Virus record (IMG/VR): IMGVR_UViG_3300045988_053918
Span: 1 to 54,149 of that record
DNA length: 54,149 nt
Origin: a virus
Strand: one strand, 5' to 3'
Positions within the stretch are counted from its first letter, which is position 1; the number at the start of each line of letters is the position of its first letter. A program made the position numbers and the translations under genes. Under the pieces are notes generated by a model. That model saw only the letters and a program-made list of their open reading frames with translations, was not told where the DNA came from and searched no databases. Below, piece by piece: positions 24,898 through 33,202 of the stretch.

Positions 24898-25243
24898 CAA
24901 ACGCAGGGCGTGGGGGTTATATATACACGCATTGCACACCTAACTAAGTCGCTCAAATATTCTCAAAAATAAAAAGGCTTATTATATATATTTATATATA
25001 CATAACCAACCAATAATAATTTATTAAACTATATACAATAACCATTATATTTATTAATATATAGCTTTGATAATAACCCATATAATATAATCAATAAATC
25101 TACTGTACAAATCTGATAGATAGGTGTATAATAGACACATCTTAATTATTCACAAGATATTCAATAAACACATCAGAAAACGGCTAATTCAGCCGAGTAA
25201 ATTCCAAAAAATTTTAAAAAATAAAAAAGGTTAGGAGTTAGAA

Positions 25244-25645
25244 ATGCAGGGAGCAGAGTATCAGGCTTTGGCTATGCGTACTAACGATAAAAAGTCTACA
25301 GATAGGCTTCTGAACAAGATTAACGATTTAAAGATTGGCAATCATTGTGGAGATACGCCAGAGATTGAATTAGGTGGTGCCCTTAATGCTGCATTAGGTT
25401 TATCCGGCGAAGTTGGAGAACTTAACGATATGCTCAAGAAATGGATTTTCCACGAGAAACAGCTTGATATTGACCACGCAAAGAAAGAAGCTGGCGATAT
25501 TTGTTGGTATCTTGCAATGCTTTGTGAATCCTTCGGTTGGAACCTTGATGAAATCATGCAGATTAACATTGATAAGCTGAAAGTAAGATATCCAGAGGGA
25601 TTTGATACTTACAAAGCTAATCACAGACAGGCAGGTGATGTTTAA
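25244..25645 (+). CDS. MazG-like nucleotide pyrophosphohydrolase
   Basis: GLSGEVGELNDMLKKWIFH...AKKEAGDICWYLAMLCESFGWNLDEIMQINIDKLKVRYP. Confidence 0.8.
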   Translation: MQGAEYQALAMRTNDKKSTDRLLNKINDLKIGNHCGDTPEIELGGALNAALGLSGEVGELNDMLKKWIFHEKQLDIDHAKKEAGDICWYLAMLCESFGWNLDEIMQINIDKLKVRYPEGFDTYKANHRQAGDV

Positions 25646-26013
25646 TGAATAACATTCAAATTAGTGGATATTGTGTTGATTGCACAAACAAATCATTGCT
25701 ATTTAGCACAGAGCCATGTAAAAGCTGCGTTAATAATGGTGGCGAGGAAGATAATTTTACTCCACTCAAAGACGTTGCACCTAGCATCAATGAAAAGCCG
25801 GTAAATGACAATGTTAACCATCCAAGTCACTACGCAACCGGTAAATATGAGTGCATAGATGTTATGCTTGAGATATTCGGTGTTGAAGCTGTTAAAACAT
25901 TCTGCTTGCTTAATGCTTTTAAGTATAACTACCGCACTGGCAACAAGAATGGCTTAGAGGATATTAAAAAAGCCAAGTGGTACATTGACAAGTACATAGA
26001 ATTGTCAGAATAA
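25645..26013 (+). CDS. DUF3310-family protein with an N-terminal Cys cluster
   Basis: NHPSHYATGKYECIDVMLEIFG...FCLLNAFKYNYRTGNKNG..DIKKAKWYIDKYIE. Confidence 0.75.
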   Translation: MNNIQISGYCVDCTNKSLLFSTEPCKSCVNNGGEEDNFTPLKDVAPSINEKPVNDNVNHPSHYATGKYECIDVMLEIFGVEAVKTFCLLNAFKYNYRTGNKNGLEDIKKAKWYIDKYIELSE

Positions 26014-26022
26014 TCACATCAA

Positions 26023-26094
26023 TGCACCATAGCCAAGCGGTAAGGCACAGAGCTTTGACCTCTGTATGCGTCGGTTCGAATCCGACTGGTGTAG
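26023..26094 (+). tRNA. tRNA-Gln (anticodon TTG)
   Basis: Cloverleaf folds by hand: acceptor TGCACCA/TGGTGTA (U1-A72), anticodon arm CAGAG-CTTTGAC-CTCTG, T-arm GTCGG-TTCGAAT-CCGAC. Confidence 0.85.
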
Positions 26095-26307
26095 TTTGTC
26101 TTACTTTTATCGTAGACTACCATGTTTTGCATTTTAAGGTAATCCTCCTTTCATGTACTTTCTTGGAGATCCAGTTAAGGGTGGTGCAAGACCACTCGGA
26201 AAGGCTTACCTCATACAGAGGTGCGAAAATCAACTTATCAAGGTTCTTCTCAATATCCCCCCAAATATTATTGCATTTTCCCTTGATAGCCGTTACAGGC
26301 GGTATTT

Positions 26308-26390
26308 GCCGATATGGGATAAAGGTATTCCAGTAGCTTGCTAAGCTATCCAACAGAAATGTTGTTCGTGTTCGATTCACGATGTCGGCG
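26308..26390 (+). tRNA. tRNA-Ser (anticodon GCT), class II
   Basis: Acceptor GCCGATA/TGTCGGC, anticodon arm GTAGC-TTGCTAA-GCTAT, long variable arm CAACA-GAAA-TGTTG, T-arm TCGTG-TTCGATT-CACGA. Confidence 0.8.
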
Positions 26391-26392
26391 CT

Positions 26393-26463
26393 CTCACATA
26401 CAAGTGAAATGGAAATATAGTTGTTGGTTACCTGTATTATCCTAAAACCAACCCGTATGTGAG
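26393..26463 (+). other. Nested-hairpin spacer filling the gap between two RNA genes
   Basis: CTCACATAC (26393-26401) pairs with GTATGTGAG (26455-26463); inner GTTGGTT (26423-26429) pairs with AACCAAC (26446-26452). Confidence 0.7.
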
Positions 26464-26464
26464 T

Positions 26465-26665
26465 TGATGTGTGGCGGAATGGGTAAACGCTAACTGGTGG
26501 TTAAGAGAAAGGTGTGCGACAAGGATTGCTAGAACAAGTCTGGTAAATAGCTGTAAGCAATCACACCTATAAATCCGTTAGAAAATAAAAATCCATCTAT
26601 CCCTATTTGTAGGTGCAGACTAACTGACGGAATCTCATGTGTGGTTCAAATCCACACCACATCAA
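26465..26665 (+). ncRNA. 201-nt tRNA-like RNA (tRNA ends bracketing a structured insert)
   Basis: 7-bp acceptor TGATGTG/CACATCA; Leu-type D-arm TG-GCG-GAATGGGTAAA-CGC; T hairpin GTGTGG-TTCAAAT-CCACAC; internal 13-bp interrupted helix 26510-26568. Confidence 0.5.
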
Positions 26666-26810
26666 GTGGTTGGGTCATTCCCGAATAAGCAGGCGTTGCA
26701 GTAGTCCCTGCTGAAATAATTAAAATGTTTGCGTTGGTTGATTTGCGAACAGGACGGCAAATAGCGTAATGAAGTGCCATAAATACTTTCCAACACAAGA
26801 AACTGTACAA

Positions 26811-26882
26811 CGGATAGTAGTTCAGTTGGGAGTAACGCTTGATTTATTCAAGTAGTCACAGGTTCAAGTCCTGTCTATCCGA
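26811..26882 (+). tRNA. tRNA with a UUA (ochre-reading) anticodon; non-canonical anticodon loop, possibly a pseudo-tRNA
   Basis: Acceptor CGGATAG/CTATCCG, T-arm ACAGG-TTCAAGT-CCTGT, anticodon arm GCTTG-ATTTATT-CAAGT (U33, TTA, but T at position 37); weak D-stem. Confidence 0.5.
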
Positions 26883-27004
26883 TTACAACAAACTAGGTTA
26901 GCTACCGAAAAGCACTTCCGCTGTGCCTGTTTGTTGTTTTTATCAATTAAGCGGAGTATGTATCACAGGCATGCATAAATAATATCAAGCGGAGGTATTC
27001 GATT

Positions 27005-27961
27005 ATGGCAACAATTAGAGTGCATAAAACAAAAAATTACACAGTTATGAGTAATACTCATTTAAGAGATAAGAACTTAAGCTTGAAAGCAAAAGGATTA
27101 TTGTCTGTAATGCTTTCATTGCCCGATAATTGGGATTATTCAATAGTTGGGTTAGTTACAATAAGCAAAGAGAATGAAACAGCCGTTAAATCGGCTTTAA
27201 ACGAGTTAAAGGATAATAATTATGTTGTGGTTACCAAAGAAAACCCAACAAAAAACAATGGTGGAAGAATAAAGTACACTTACGAGGTTTACGAAGAACC
27301 ATATAAACAGAAAATAGAAAAACAAGATACAGAAAATCTAGGGGTTGAACACCAACAGGTAGAAAACCACGGACAATTAAATACTAATGAATTAAGTACT
27401 GATGAATTAAATATTAATATACAAAATACTAATGAATTAAATACTAAAAGTAATTCTCTTAACAGAGAACAATGCAATTCTTTTTTACCCAAAGATAAAA
27501 AAGCAAAAGAGTTTAAGCCGATAAGCGAATACTCTCAAAGTGATTGGGAAGTTGCCGAAGAAAGAATGATAAGTAGAGCTGGCAAGATAGCTTATGATTG
27601 GACTAATGATAAAACACTTAAAGAAAATGTAGAAGCATTCTTTAAATACTTTTTAGATAAACACGGAGAATGTACTGGAGAATATCACTACCCATTAACA
27701 GATAAGGTTTTATCAAGAGTAGTAGATAATTTAACAAAAGAAACTGACATAGAGCGTGACGGATATACAGATACCTATTATGCGGCTATAAGTGATATGG
27801 ACGATAATACAGACTACAAGATGTTGGTTGATGAATATTTCAACACAAAGTTTTCAGCACAATGTGATTACAGCTTAGTTCACTTTTCTTCTGAAAAGGT
27901 TTTAATTAACATTATGAACCACGCTTGTAAAAGTAGCTGGTGTGAAAGCAAAGAATTGTAA
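27005..27961 (+). CDS. Winged-HTH replication-initiator-like protein
   Basis: MATIRVHKTKNYTVMSNTHLRDKNLSLKAKGLLSVMLSLPDNWDYSIVGL...ALNELKDNNYV; GGAGGT RBS. Confidence 0.5.
   Translation: MATIRVHKTKNYTVMSNTHLRDKNLSLKAKGLLSVMLSLPDNWDYSIVGLVTISKENETAVKSALNELKDNNYVVVTKENPTKNNGGRIKYTYEVYEEPYKQKIEKQDTENLGVEHQQVENHGQLNTNELSTDELNINIQNTNELNTKSNSLNREQCNSFLPKDKKAKEFKPISEYSQSDWEVAEERMISRAGKIAYDWTNDKTLKENVEAFFKYFLDKHGECTGEYHYPLTDKVLSRVVDNLTKETDIERDGYTDTYYAAISDMDDNTDYKMLVDEYFNTKFSAQCDYSLVHFSSEKVLINIMNHACKSSWCESKEL
27382..27440. repeat. Iteron-like direct repeats inside the Rep-like gene
   Basis: TACTAATGAATTAA (27382), TACTGATGAATTAA (27397), TACTAATGAATTAA (27427). Confidence 0.75.
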
Positions 27962-27973
27962 GGAGTGATTATT

Positions 27974-28168
27974 ATGGCAGCAGGCGTACACCCACTAAAC
28001 AAAGATAAGTTTTATGAAGCAATTAACCTATACATATCGGGGCAGACTTCACAGATAAAGGCGGCAAAAGTAGCAGGTTGTAGCGTACCGACATTTAAGA
28101 AATACGCTAACAAGATTTATGGCGGCGAGGAATTACCAGATAATTTATGGGGAAAGAATGATGATTAA
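27974..28168 (+). CDS. Small HTH-like protein
   Basis: AGGAG RBS; ...IKAAKVAGCSVPTFKKYANKI. Confidence 0.5.
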   Translation: MAAGVHPLNKDKFYEAINLYISGQTSQIKAAKVAGCSVPTFKKYANKIYGGEELPDNLWGKNDD

Positions 28169-28397
28169 GAGAATTGCTAATCACTGGATAAGACACAAGA
28201 CAAAGAATTTAACAAGAATACCATTGTTTATGATGACATTTAACTATCGTAAATATAAAGTAGACGGCAAGAAAGACAGTTGTATGTTTTACGCACACCC
28301 AGATATTGCCAATGATGAATTTGTGAAAAGCAAATTACAGGAAGTTGTTGACTATATCAGAGATAACTATGATTTGGATATATTTACGAAAATTTGA
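28158..28397 (+). CDS. Hypothetical protein
   Basis: ORF 28119..28397 trimmed to the ATG at 28158. Confidence 0.45.
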   Translation: MMIKRIANHWIRHKTKNLTRIPLFMMTFNYRKYKVDGKKDSCMFYAHPDIANDEFVKSKLQEVVDYIRDNYDLDIFTKI

Positions 28398-28405
28398 GGT
28401 GCGAT

Positions 28406-28768
28406 ATGAAAGATTGCTCAATTTGCAAATATTGTGATGAAGATTTTGATTTTGATGAAGAAACAGGAGAAGAATATCCGGTTTATGAATGCCAAAAAGG
28501 GAATAATACATCACTTGACTGCGAGTGTAAGGATTTTAAAAAATACAGGCCTCGAAAATATAAAGAGAAAAATACCGAATGCGATATATGCGAATACAGA
28601 GAAGAATGTGCAAAATATAGTTCTGGGATAGACTGTACAACTTGTGGAGATACAAAAACACATATTATTTATCCACAAGACAAATGCATTAAAAGGGCAA
28701 AAGAACTAGGTGTTGAGATACCAAAAGATATTGGAAACTATTTCAAAGAATATGGGATTGAGGTGTAA
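28406..28768 (+). CDS. Multi-CxxC Cys-rich protein
   Basis: GAGGTG RBS; CSICKYC, CECKD, CDICEYREEC, CTTCG. Confidence 0.55.
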   Translation: MKDCSICKYCDEDFDFDEETGEEYPVYECQKGNNTSLDCECKDFKKYRPRKYKEKNTECDICEYREECAKYSSGIDCTTCGDTKTHIIYPQDKCIKRAKELGVEIPKDIGNYFKEYGIEV

Positions 28769-28976
28769 TATGTGTAAATTTTGCGAGGAAAAATTTCCTG
28801 TCATAACACATTATGGCAAATTTAAGATTGATAAGTTGTCAAATAAACCTGTAATTACATGCGACTTGAATAAATGTCCGTCCTTTGCGGTGTGTAGCAG
28901 TAAAGATATGAATGTTGAAATGGTGATGAAAATATCTTATTGCCCTATCTGCGGCAGAAAGCTGGTGGAAGAATGA
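28769..28976 (+). CDS. Zinc-ribbon protein
   Basis: GAGGTG RBS; MCKFCEE...CPICGRK. Confidence 0.55.
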
Positions 28977-29332
28977 CTAAACCAATATATACATATACTT
29001 CAATTCATATAAAAGAAGCATATTATTTTGAACAGTTGCTTGAAAACATTCTTAAAGGCATAGGGATTCCATATAAGCGCAAAGACAAGTATATGGAATT
29101 TGAAACCGATAAATTTACTTTGATATGTGCACCTTTGTTTTCAAATAATTGCTTGCCATACAAGCGGTGCTCATGCCTTATCCTTGACCTTGACTATTCA
29201 AGGATTCCGTTTGCAGCATATGACAAGGCAGATTATGCGACAGAGAACATTTTGCATGAAATACATCCAGACACAGAAGTTATTGACAAAAACGATTTTA
29301 TGAAAATTATCAAGAAAATGTACGAGGTATAA
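28973..29332 (+). CDS. Hypothetical protein
   Basis: ATGA-coupled start at 28973. Confidence 0.5.
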   Translation: MTKPIYTYTSIHIKEAYYFEQLLENILKGIGIPYKRKDKYMEFETDKFTLICAPLFSNNCLPYKRCSCLILDLDYSRIPFAAYDKADYATENILHEIHPDTEVIDKNDFMKIIKKMYEV

Positions 29333-29334
29333 CA

Positions 29335-29748
29335 GTGAAACCATTAGAAGAAATATTTTTTAGGGCTTGCGTGAATGAGCAGAAAAGAAAATTGCGTTCG
29401 AGCGACCGCGAATTGAGCATAAGAACTATTGGAAATATTTTTGAAAGGCTTGGATTTTCGTACAAGCAATTAATGTACTATGTCAGAAAGTGGTCTGACA
29501 GGGGATTTTATGATTACGGAGTAACATTTGACTTGGGATGGTTTGAATTTGGCAAGCTGACCGGAGAATATAAACAGGTTTATGATTCTATGACAAGTAC
29601 GGACAGATGGAAAGATGGGGAGTTAGCAAATTATATTGTTAGCAATTCTTTTAATCGAGATAGAATAACTAATTTTGCATTGAGAGAACATCTTGGAATC
29701 GGACAGGACAAAGAATTTTTTAATCCGTACAGAAAGGTGGAAGAATGA
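29335..29748 (+). CDS. Hypothetical protein
   Basis: GTG start after GAGGT; 137 aa. Confidence 0.5.
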   Translation: MKPLEEIFFRACVNEQKRKLRSSDRELSIRTIGNIFERLGFSYKQLMYYVRKWSDRGFYDYGVTFDLGWFEFGKLTGEYKQVYDSMTSTDRWKDGELANYIVSNSFNRDRITNFALREHLGIGQDKEFFNPYRKVEE

Positions 29749-29921
29749 AACATCAAAAAGAATGGCACACTTGTGACAGGTGCGGTGTGGAAATTAAAAA
29801 AGGAATACTGTGTGGAAATTCGGTTACAAAGAACGGCATTTTTAATACCACATACGACTTGTGCTATAAATGCATGGAAGAATTTGAGAGGTTTATGAGC
29901 AATGAAGAAATCAAGAAGTAA
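29745..29921 (+). CDS. 58-aa zinc-ribbon protein
   Basis: AAAGGTGG RBS; CDRCG...CYKC; below the track cutoff; the antisense ORF 29631..29930 is rejected in its favour. Confidence 0.5.
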   Translation: MKHQKEWHTCDRCGVEIKKGILCGNSVTKNGIFNTTYDLCYKCMEEFERFMSNEEIKK

Positions 29922-30144
29922 AATAATCATTAAAACAAGAGCTGGCGGTTACACAAAGATTTATGTCAATGGGAAATGGCAGAAGAAAGTATGTGTCATT
30001 AATTATCATGCAGAATGCAGTAACAAGGATGGTATAAAAGTTTCTTGCGAATTTGATAAGAATAAGACTGATAAAAACGGCTCGGTTATTTACGACCCGG
30101 AAAAAGAAGAAATTGTAAAAGAACACGTAGTTGCAAGGATTTAA
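29902..30144 (+). CDS. Hypothetical protein
   Basis: 80-aa ORF overlapping the upstream gene by 20 nt. Confidence 0.5.
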   Translation: MKKSRSKIIIKTRAGGYTKIYVNGKWQKKVCVINYHAECSNKDGIKVSCEFDKNKTDKNGSVIYDPEKEEIVKEHVVARI

Positions 30145-30155
30145 GGAGCAAAGTT

Positions 30156-30371
30156 ATGAAAATATCAGAGATGAATAACTGCATTGAGAAAATGCGGGAG
30201 TGCTACAAGTTTGATGATGATAAAACGGAAATACGGATTGGGGATATGATGAGTGGAAGTAACAGATATGTATCTGTCAGCACAATGAATGAAAACGGAA
30301 CACAGATTGAAATGACAAAATATGCAAATAAACTGAACAAGGAGCGAGATTATGGAGCACCAAGTAATTGA
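30156..30371 (+). CDS. Hypothetical protein
   Basis: AAGGAG RBS. Confidence 0.55.
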   Translation: MKISEMNNCIEKMRECYKFDDDKTEIRIGDMMSGSNRYVSVSTMNENGTQIEMTKYANKLNKERDYGAPSN

Positions 30372-30816
30372 GGGAACCGAAAAAGAAATAATAAGGCTTC
30401 AAGAGGAATTAGACGAAGCCAAGTTAGGAATAAAAACATCACAGAACGAGTTTCTCATTTGTGGTAATACGATGAAAATAGATATTCTTGGAGCAGAATA
30501 TAAAGTAGTACAAGGCTCTCAAGCAACGTTTCCGGAGCTTGCGGATGTCGATGGCTATACAGATACATCAACTAAGACAATAGTTGTTGATGATATGAAA
30601 AGCATAATTAACGAAAAAGGAATGAAGAAAAACCTTGAAGAGTATAAAAAAGCTATTATGCGACACGAAGTAATCCATGCATTTTTATTTGAAAGCGGAC
30701 TTGCGGAAAATTCAAACACTTCGGACGCGTGGGCAGTGAATGAGGAAATGGTTGACTGGCTTGCAATTCAAGCCCCGAAAATATTTTCTACGTTCAAGAA
30801 AATGAATATTTTGTAA
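30352..30816 (+). CDS. Putative HExxH metallopeptidase
   Basis: AIMRHEVIHAFLFESGL; AAGGAG RBS. Confidence 0.5.
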   Translation: MEHQVIEGTEKEIIRLQEELDEAKLGIKTSQNEFLICGNTMKIDILGAEYKVVQGSQATFPELADVDGYTDTSTKTIVVDDMKSIINEKGMKKNLEEYKKAIMRHEVIHAFLFESGLAENSNTSDAWAVNEEMVDWLAIQAPKIFSTFKKMNIL

Positions 30817-30902
30817 ACATGTATTACCGACTACGGACTAATTGTAGTTGCTGACCTTTGAAAGATAAAGGTTGATAAAACATAGAAAAGGAGACATAGA
30901 AC

Positions 30903-31319
30903 ATGAAAAAATTATTTGTAAGTGTGCCAATGAAAGGCAGAACAGAGGAAGAAATCAAAGCAAGTATTCAGAAGATGAAAAAGATTGCGGAGATATGCGA
31001 GGGCGAAGAATTAGAGCTTATTGACAGCTATATTGAGGATAACCCACCTAAAGACAGCAAAGAAGCTGTATGGTATCTTGGAGAAAGTCTTAAGAAGCTG
31101 GCACAGGCTGATGTGTTTATTGGAATATGTGAAAGCTATGATTGGAATGGCTGCTATATCGAAAGAAAAACAGCAGAAAGATATGGCGTTAAAATGCACA
31201 TGATTTTTGCAGAAGGTATAATAAATAATTATGATAAATATGTCGAGGAAACATTAGGAATCACAAGTTCTTCTCTTGAATTAAAGTCTTGTAGCTGTAG
31301 TATAGAAAGCTATTTATAA
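30903..31319 (+). CDS. DUF4406 / nucleoside 2-deoxyribosyltransferase-like protein
   Basis: KLFVSVPMKGRTEEEI...LAQADVFIGICESYDWNGCYIERKTAERYG. Confidence 0.4.
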   Translation: MKKLFVSVPMKGRTEEEIKASIQKMKKIAEICEGEELELIDSYIEDNPPKDSKEAVWYLGESLKKLAQADVFIGICESYDWNGCYIERKTAERYGVKMHMIFAEGIINNYDKYVEETLGITSSSLELKSCSCSIESYL

Positions 31320-31422
31320 TTACTTGATTACCGGCTAACAAATAGAGTTAGTCGCTACCCTAAAACAGTTATAGGCAGAGGTCTATAAGCGCCTTTGCTT
31401 TTAAGTGGAGGTGCTTTTCTTT

Positions 31423-33189
31423 ATGGCTAGTCAGAGCCTTATTTCCACAGTTAATGGATATGAAAATTACATAGAGAAAAATGGAATAGATGAAAGCGTT
31501 ATGGACGCATACATAGAAGCGTCAGAAGTGGCAATTAAAACTGAAAAGGATATTCAGTATGGATTACAACTAACAAAACGCTGTAAAGAGATTATAGAAC
31601 AGTTTTGCGTGGAGCATAGCGGCGTTGGAATATGGGACTTAGAAAAATATGCTCAAGACAACGATGAAGAATATCCTTTAATTGACAAATGGTATAAAAC
31701 TCTTAAAACTGAAAGTTATTATGATTTTGAGAGCTTTATGTTTTATATGGAACGGAAAAGACATTATAGCAAAAGGTTTTATTTTCCAAGACGACACACC
31801 CTTAAAATAGTTGTCAATGATTTGCAAGACCTTGAAAACAGAATAATTAAATTTTATGGATTATCAATGCCGTCAAGAGTTGGAAAGTCCACAATTTGTA
31901 TATTCTTTCTTGCGTGGGTATCATTACGCAGACCTAATAGCCATTCAGCTATGGGAGGTCACTCTGGAATACTTGCAAAAGGCTTTTATAAAGAACTTAT
32001 GAACTTATTTACTACGGAAGAATATACATTTTCTGAATTATTTTATTTTTGGAATCCAGAATACGCAAATAAACCGCTTGTAACAGATAAAAGTGCTGAT
32101 GAATTTACAATAACCCTTGGAAATCCAGACAGATTTGCAACAGTTACTTGCCGTGGTATTGATGGAACTTGGATTGGTGCAGTTGATGTATCAAAAGATG
32201 GATATTTGTATGTAGATGACTTGGTAAGAGATAGAGAACATTCATTGTCACCTATGCGAATGGAAAATACCCATCAAGAGTATCTAAACAAGATGGTTGA
32301 CCGAAAAAACGATGGTGCAAGAGAATTGATGGTAGGTACATTATGGAATGTCCTTGATCCATTGGAACGAATGAGAAAGCAATATGAAAATGACTCTCAA
32401 TACAGATTTAGAAGAATACCGGCACTTGATGAAAACGATGAAAGTAACTTTGATTATGAAATAAACGGCTTTTCAACAGCATATTACAGGGATATGAGAG
32501 AAAAACTTGACAAGGCTGAATGGATGGCTAAGTTTATGCAAAAACCTTATGTTCGTGAGGGATTACTATTCCCAGACAATGAATTGAGATTTTTCAATGG
32601 AGACTTTAACCAGGAGCTGGAAAACAAAGAACGGAAAGTAATTGCATTGTGTGACCCGGCTTTTGGCGGAGCTGATAATTTATCAATGCCGGTATGTGCT
32701 GATTTTGGCGGAAAGCAGAAATATATTATTGATTGGGTATATAAAAAAGGCACACAGGCGGTTACAGTTCCATTGGTTGTAGCAGCTATCAAGAAACATT
32801 ACATAACAGAATTGCACATTGAACAAAATGCTGGTGGGAAGCTAATAACGGACAGTATAAAAGCTGAAATGAAAAAGCAGAATGTATATTTTTGCAGAAT
32901 TATTCCATATTACGCAAATACCAAACTACCTAAAGAGGAAAAAATCAAAGGATATTCTGACAGAGTAAAAGAAACTTTTATTTTCCTTATGAGTAGGCAG
33001 TATCTTGCAATAGATGATAGACCAACTTACATAAGAACACAGATGTATCAAGATGCTATGGATGAATTTACAATGTATACATCAGAGGGTAAAAATCCAC
33101 ACGATGATGCAAGCGATTCGATAACACAGCTTGCAATAGTAATAGATAAAAAGGCAACACAAACAGTAATAATGTCAAGTCCGATATAA
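31423..33189 (+). CDS. terL: Terminase large subunit
   Basis: Walker A SRVGKST, Walker B YLYVDDLV, nuclease-domain motifs CDPAFGGADN and NPHDDASDSIT. Confidence 0.85.
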   Translation: MASQSLISTVNGYENYIEKNGIDESVMDAYIEASEVAIKTEKDIQYGLQLTKRCKEIIEQFCVEHSGVGIWDLEKYAQDNDEEYPLIDKWYKTLKTESYYDFESFMFYMERKRHYSKRFYFPRRHTLKIVVNDLQDLENRIIKFYGLSMPSRVGKSTICIFFLAWVSLRRPNSHSAMGGHSGILAKGFYKELMNLFTTEEYTFSELFYFWNPEYANKPLVTDKSADEFTITLGNPDRFATVTCRGIDGTWIGAVDVSKDGYLYVDDLVRDREHSLSPMRMENTHQEYLNKMVDRKNDGARELMVGTLWNVLDPLERMRKQYENDSQYRFRRIPALDENDESNFDYEINGFSTAYYRDMREKLDKAEWMAKFMQKPYVREGLLFPDNELRFFNGDFNQELENKERKVIALCDPAFGGADNLSMPVCADFGGKQKYIIDWVYKKGTQAVTVPLVVAAIKKHYITELHIEQNAGGKLITDSIKAEMKKQNVYFCRIIPYYANTKLPKEEKIKGYSDRVKETFIFLMSRQYLAIDDRPTYIRTQMYQDAMDEFTMYTSEGKNPHDDASDSITQLAIVIDKKATQTVIMSSPI

Positions 33190-33202
33190 GAGGAGGGTTT
33201 AT

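Noticed and set aside
26022-26380. ORFs 26022..26336(+), 26153..26344(+) and 26117..26380(-)
   Set aside because: They overlap tRNA-Gln and tRNA-Ser and the structured spacers, lack convincing RBS context, and have odd composition. They are artefacts of the RNA island.
26465-26665. tmRNA interpretation of the 201-nt tRNA-like RNA
   Set aside because: It is too short, I found no tag-peptide reading frame ending in an Ala-rich sequence plus a stop, and it has a genuine D-arm, which tmRNAs lack.
26499-26737. A full-size group I intron in the tRNA-like gene extending to ...TTAAAATG (26737)
   Set aside because: Some motifs resemble IC3 introns. However, the only sequence able to complete the acceptor stem and T-arm lies at 26639-26664, and nothing downstream of 26737 looks like a tRNA 3' exon.
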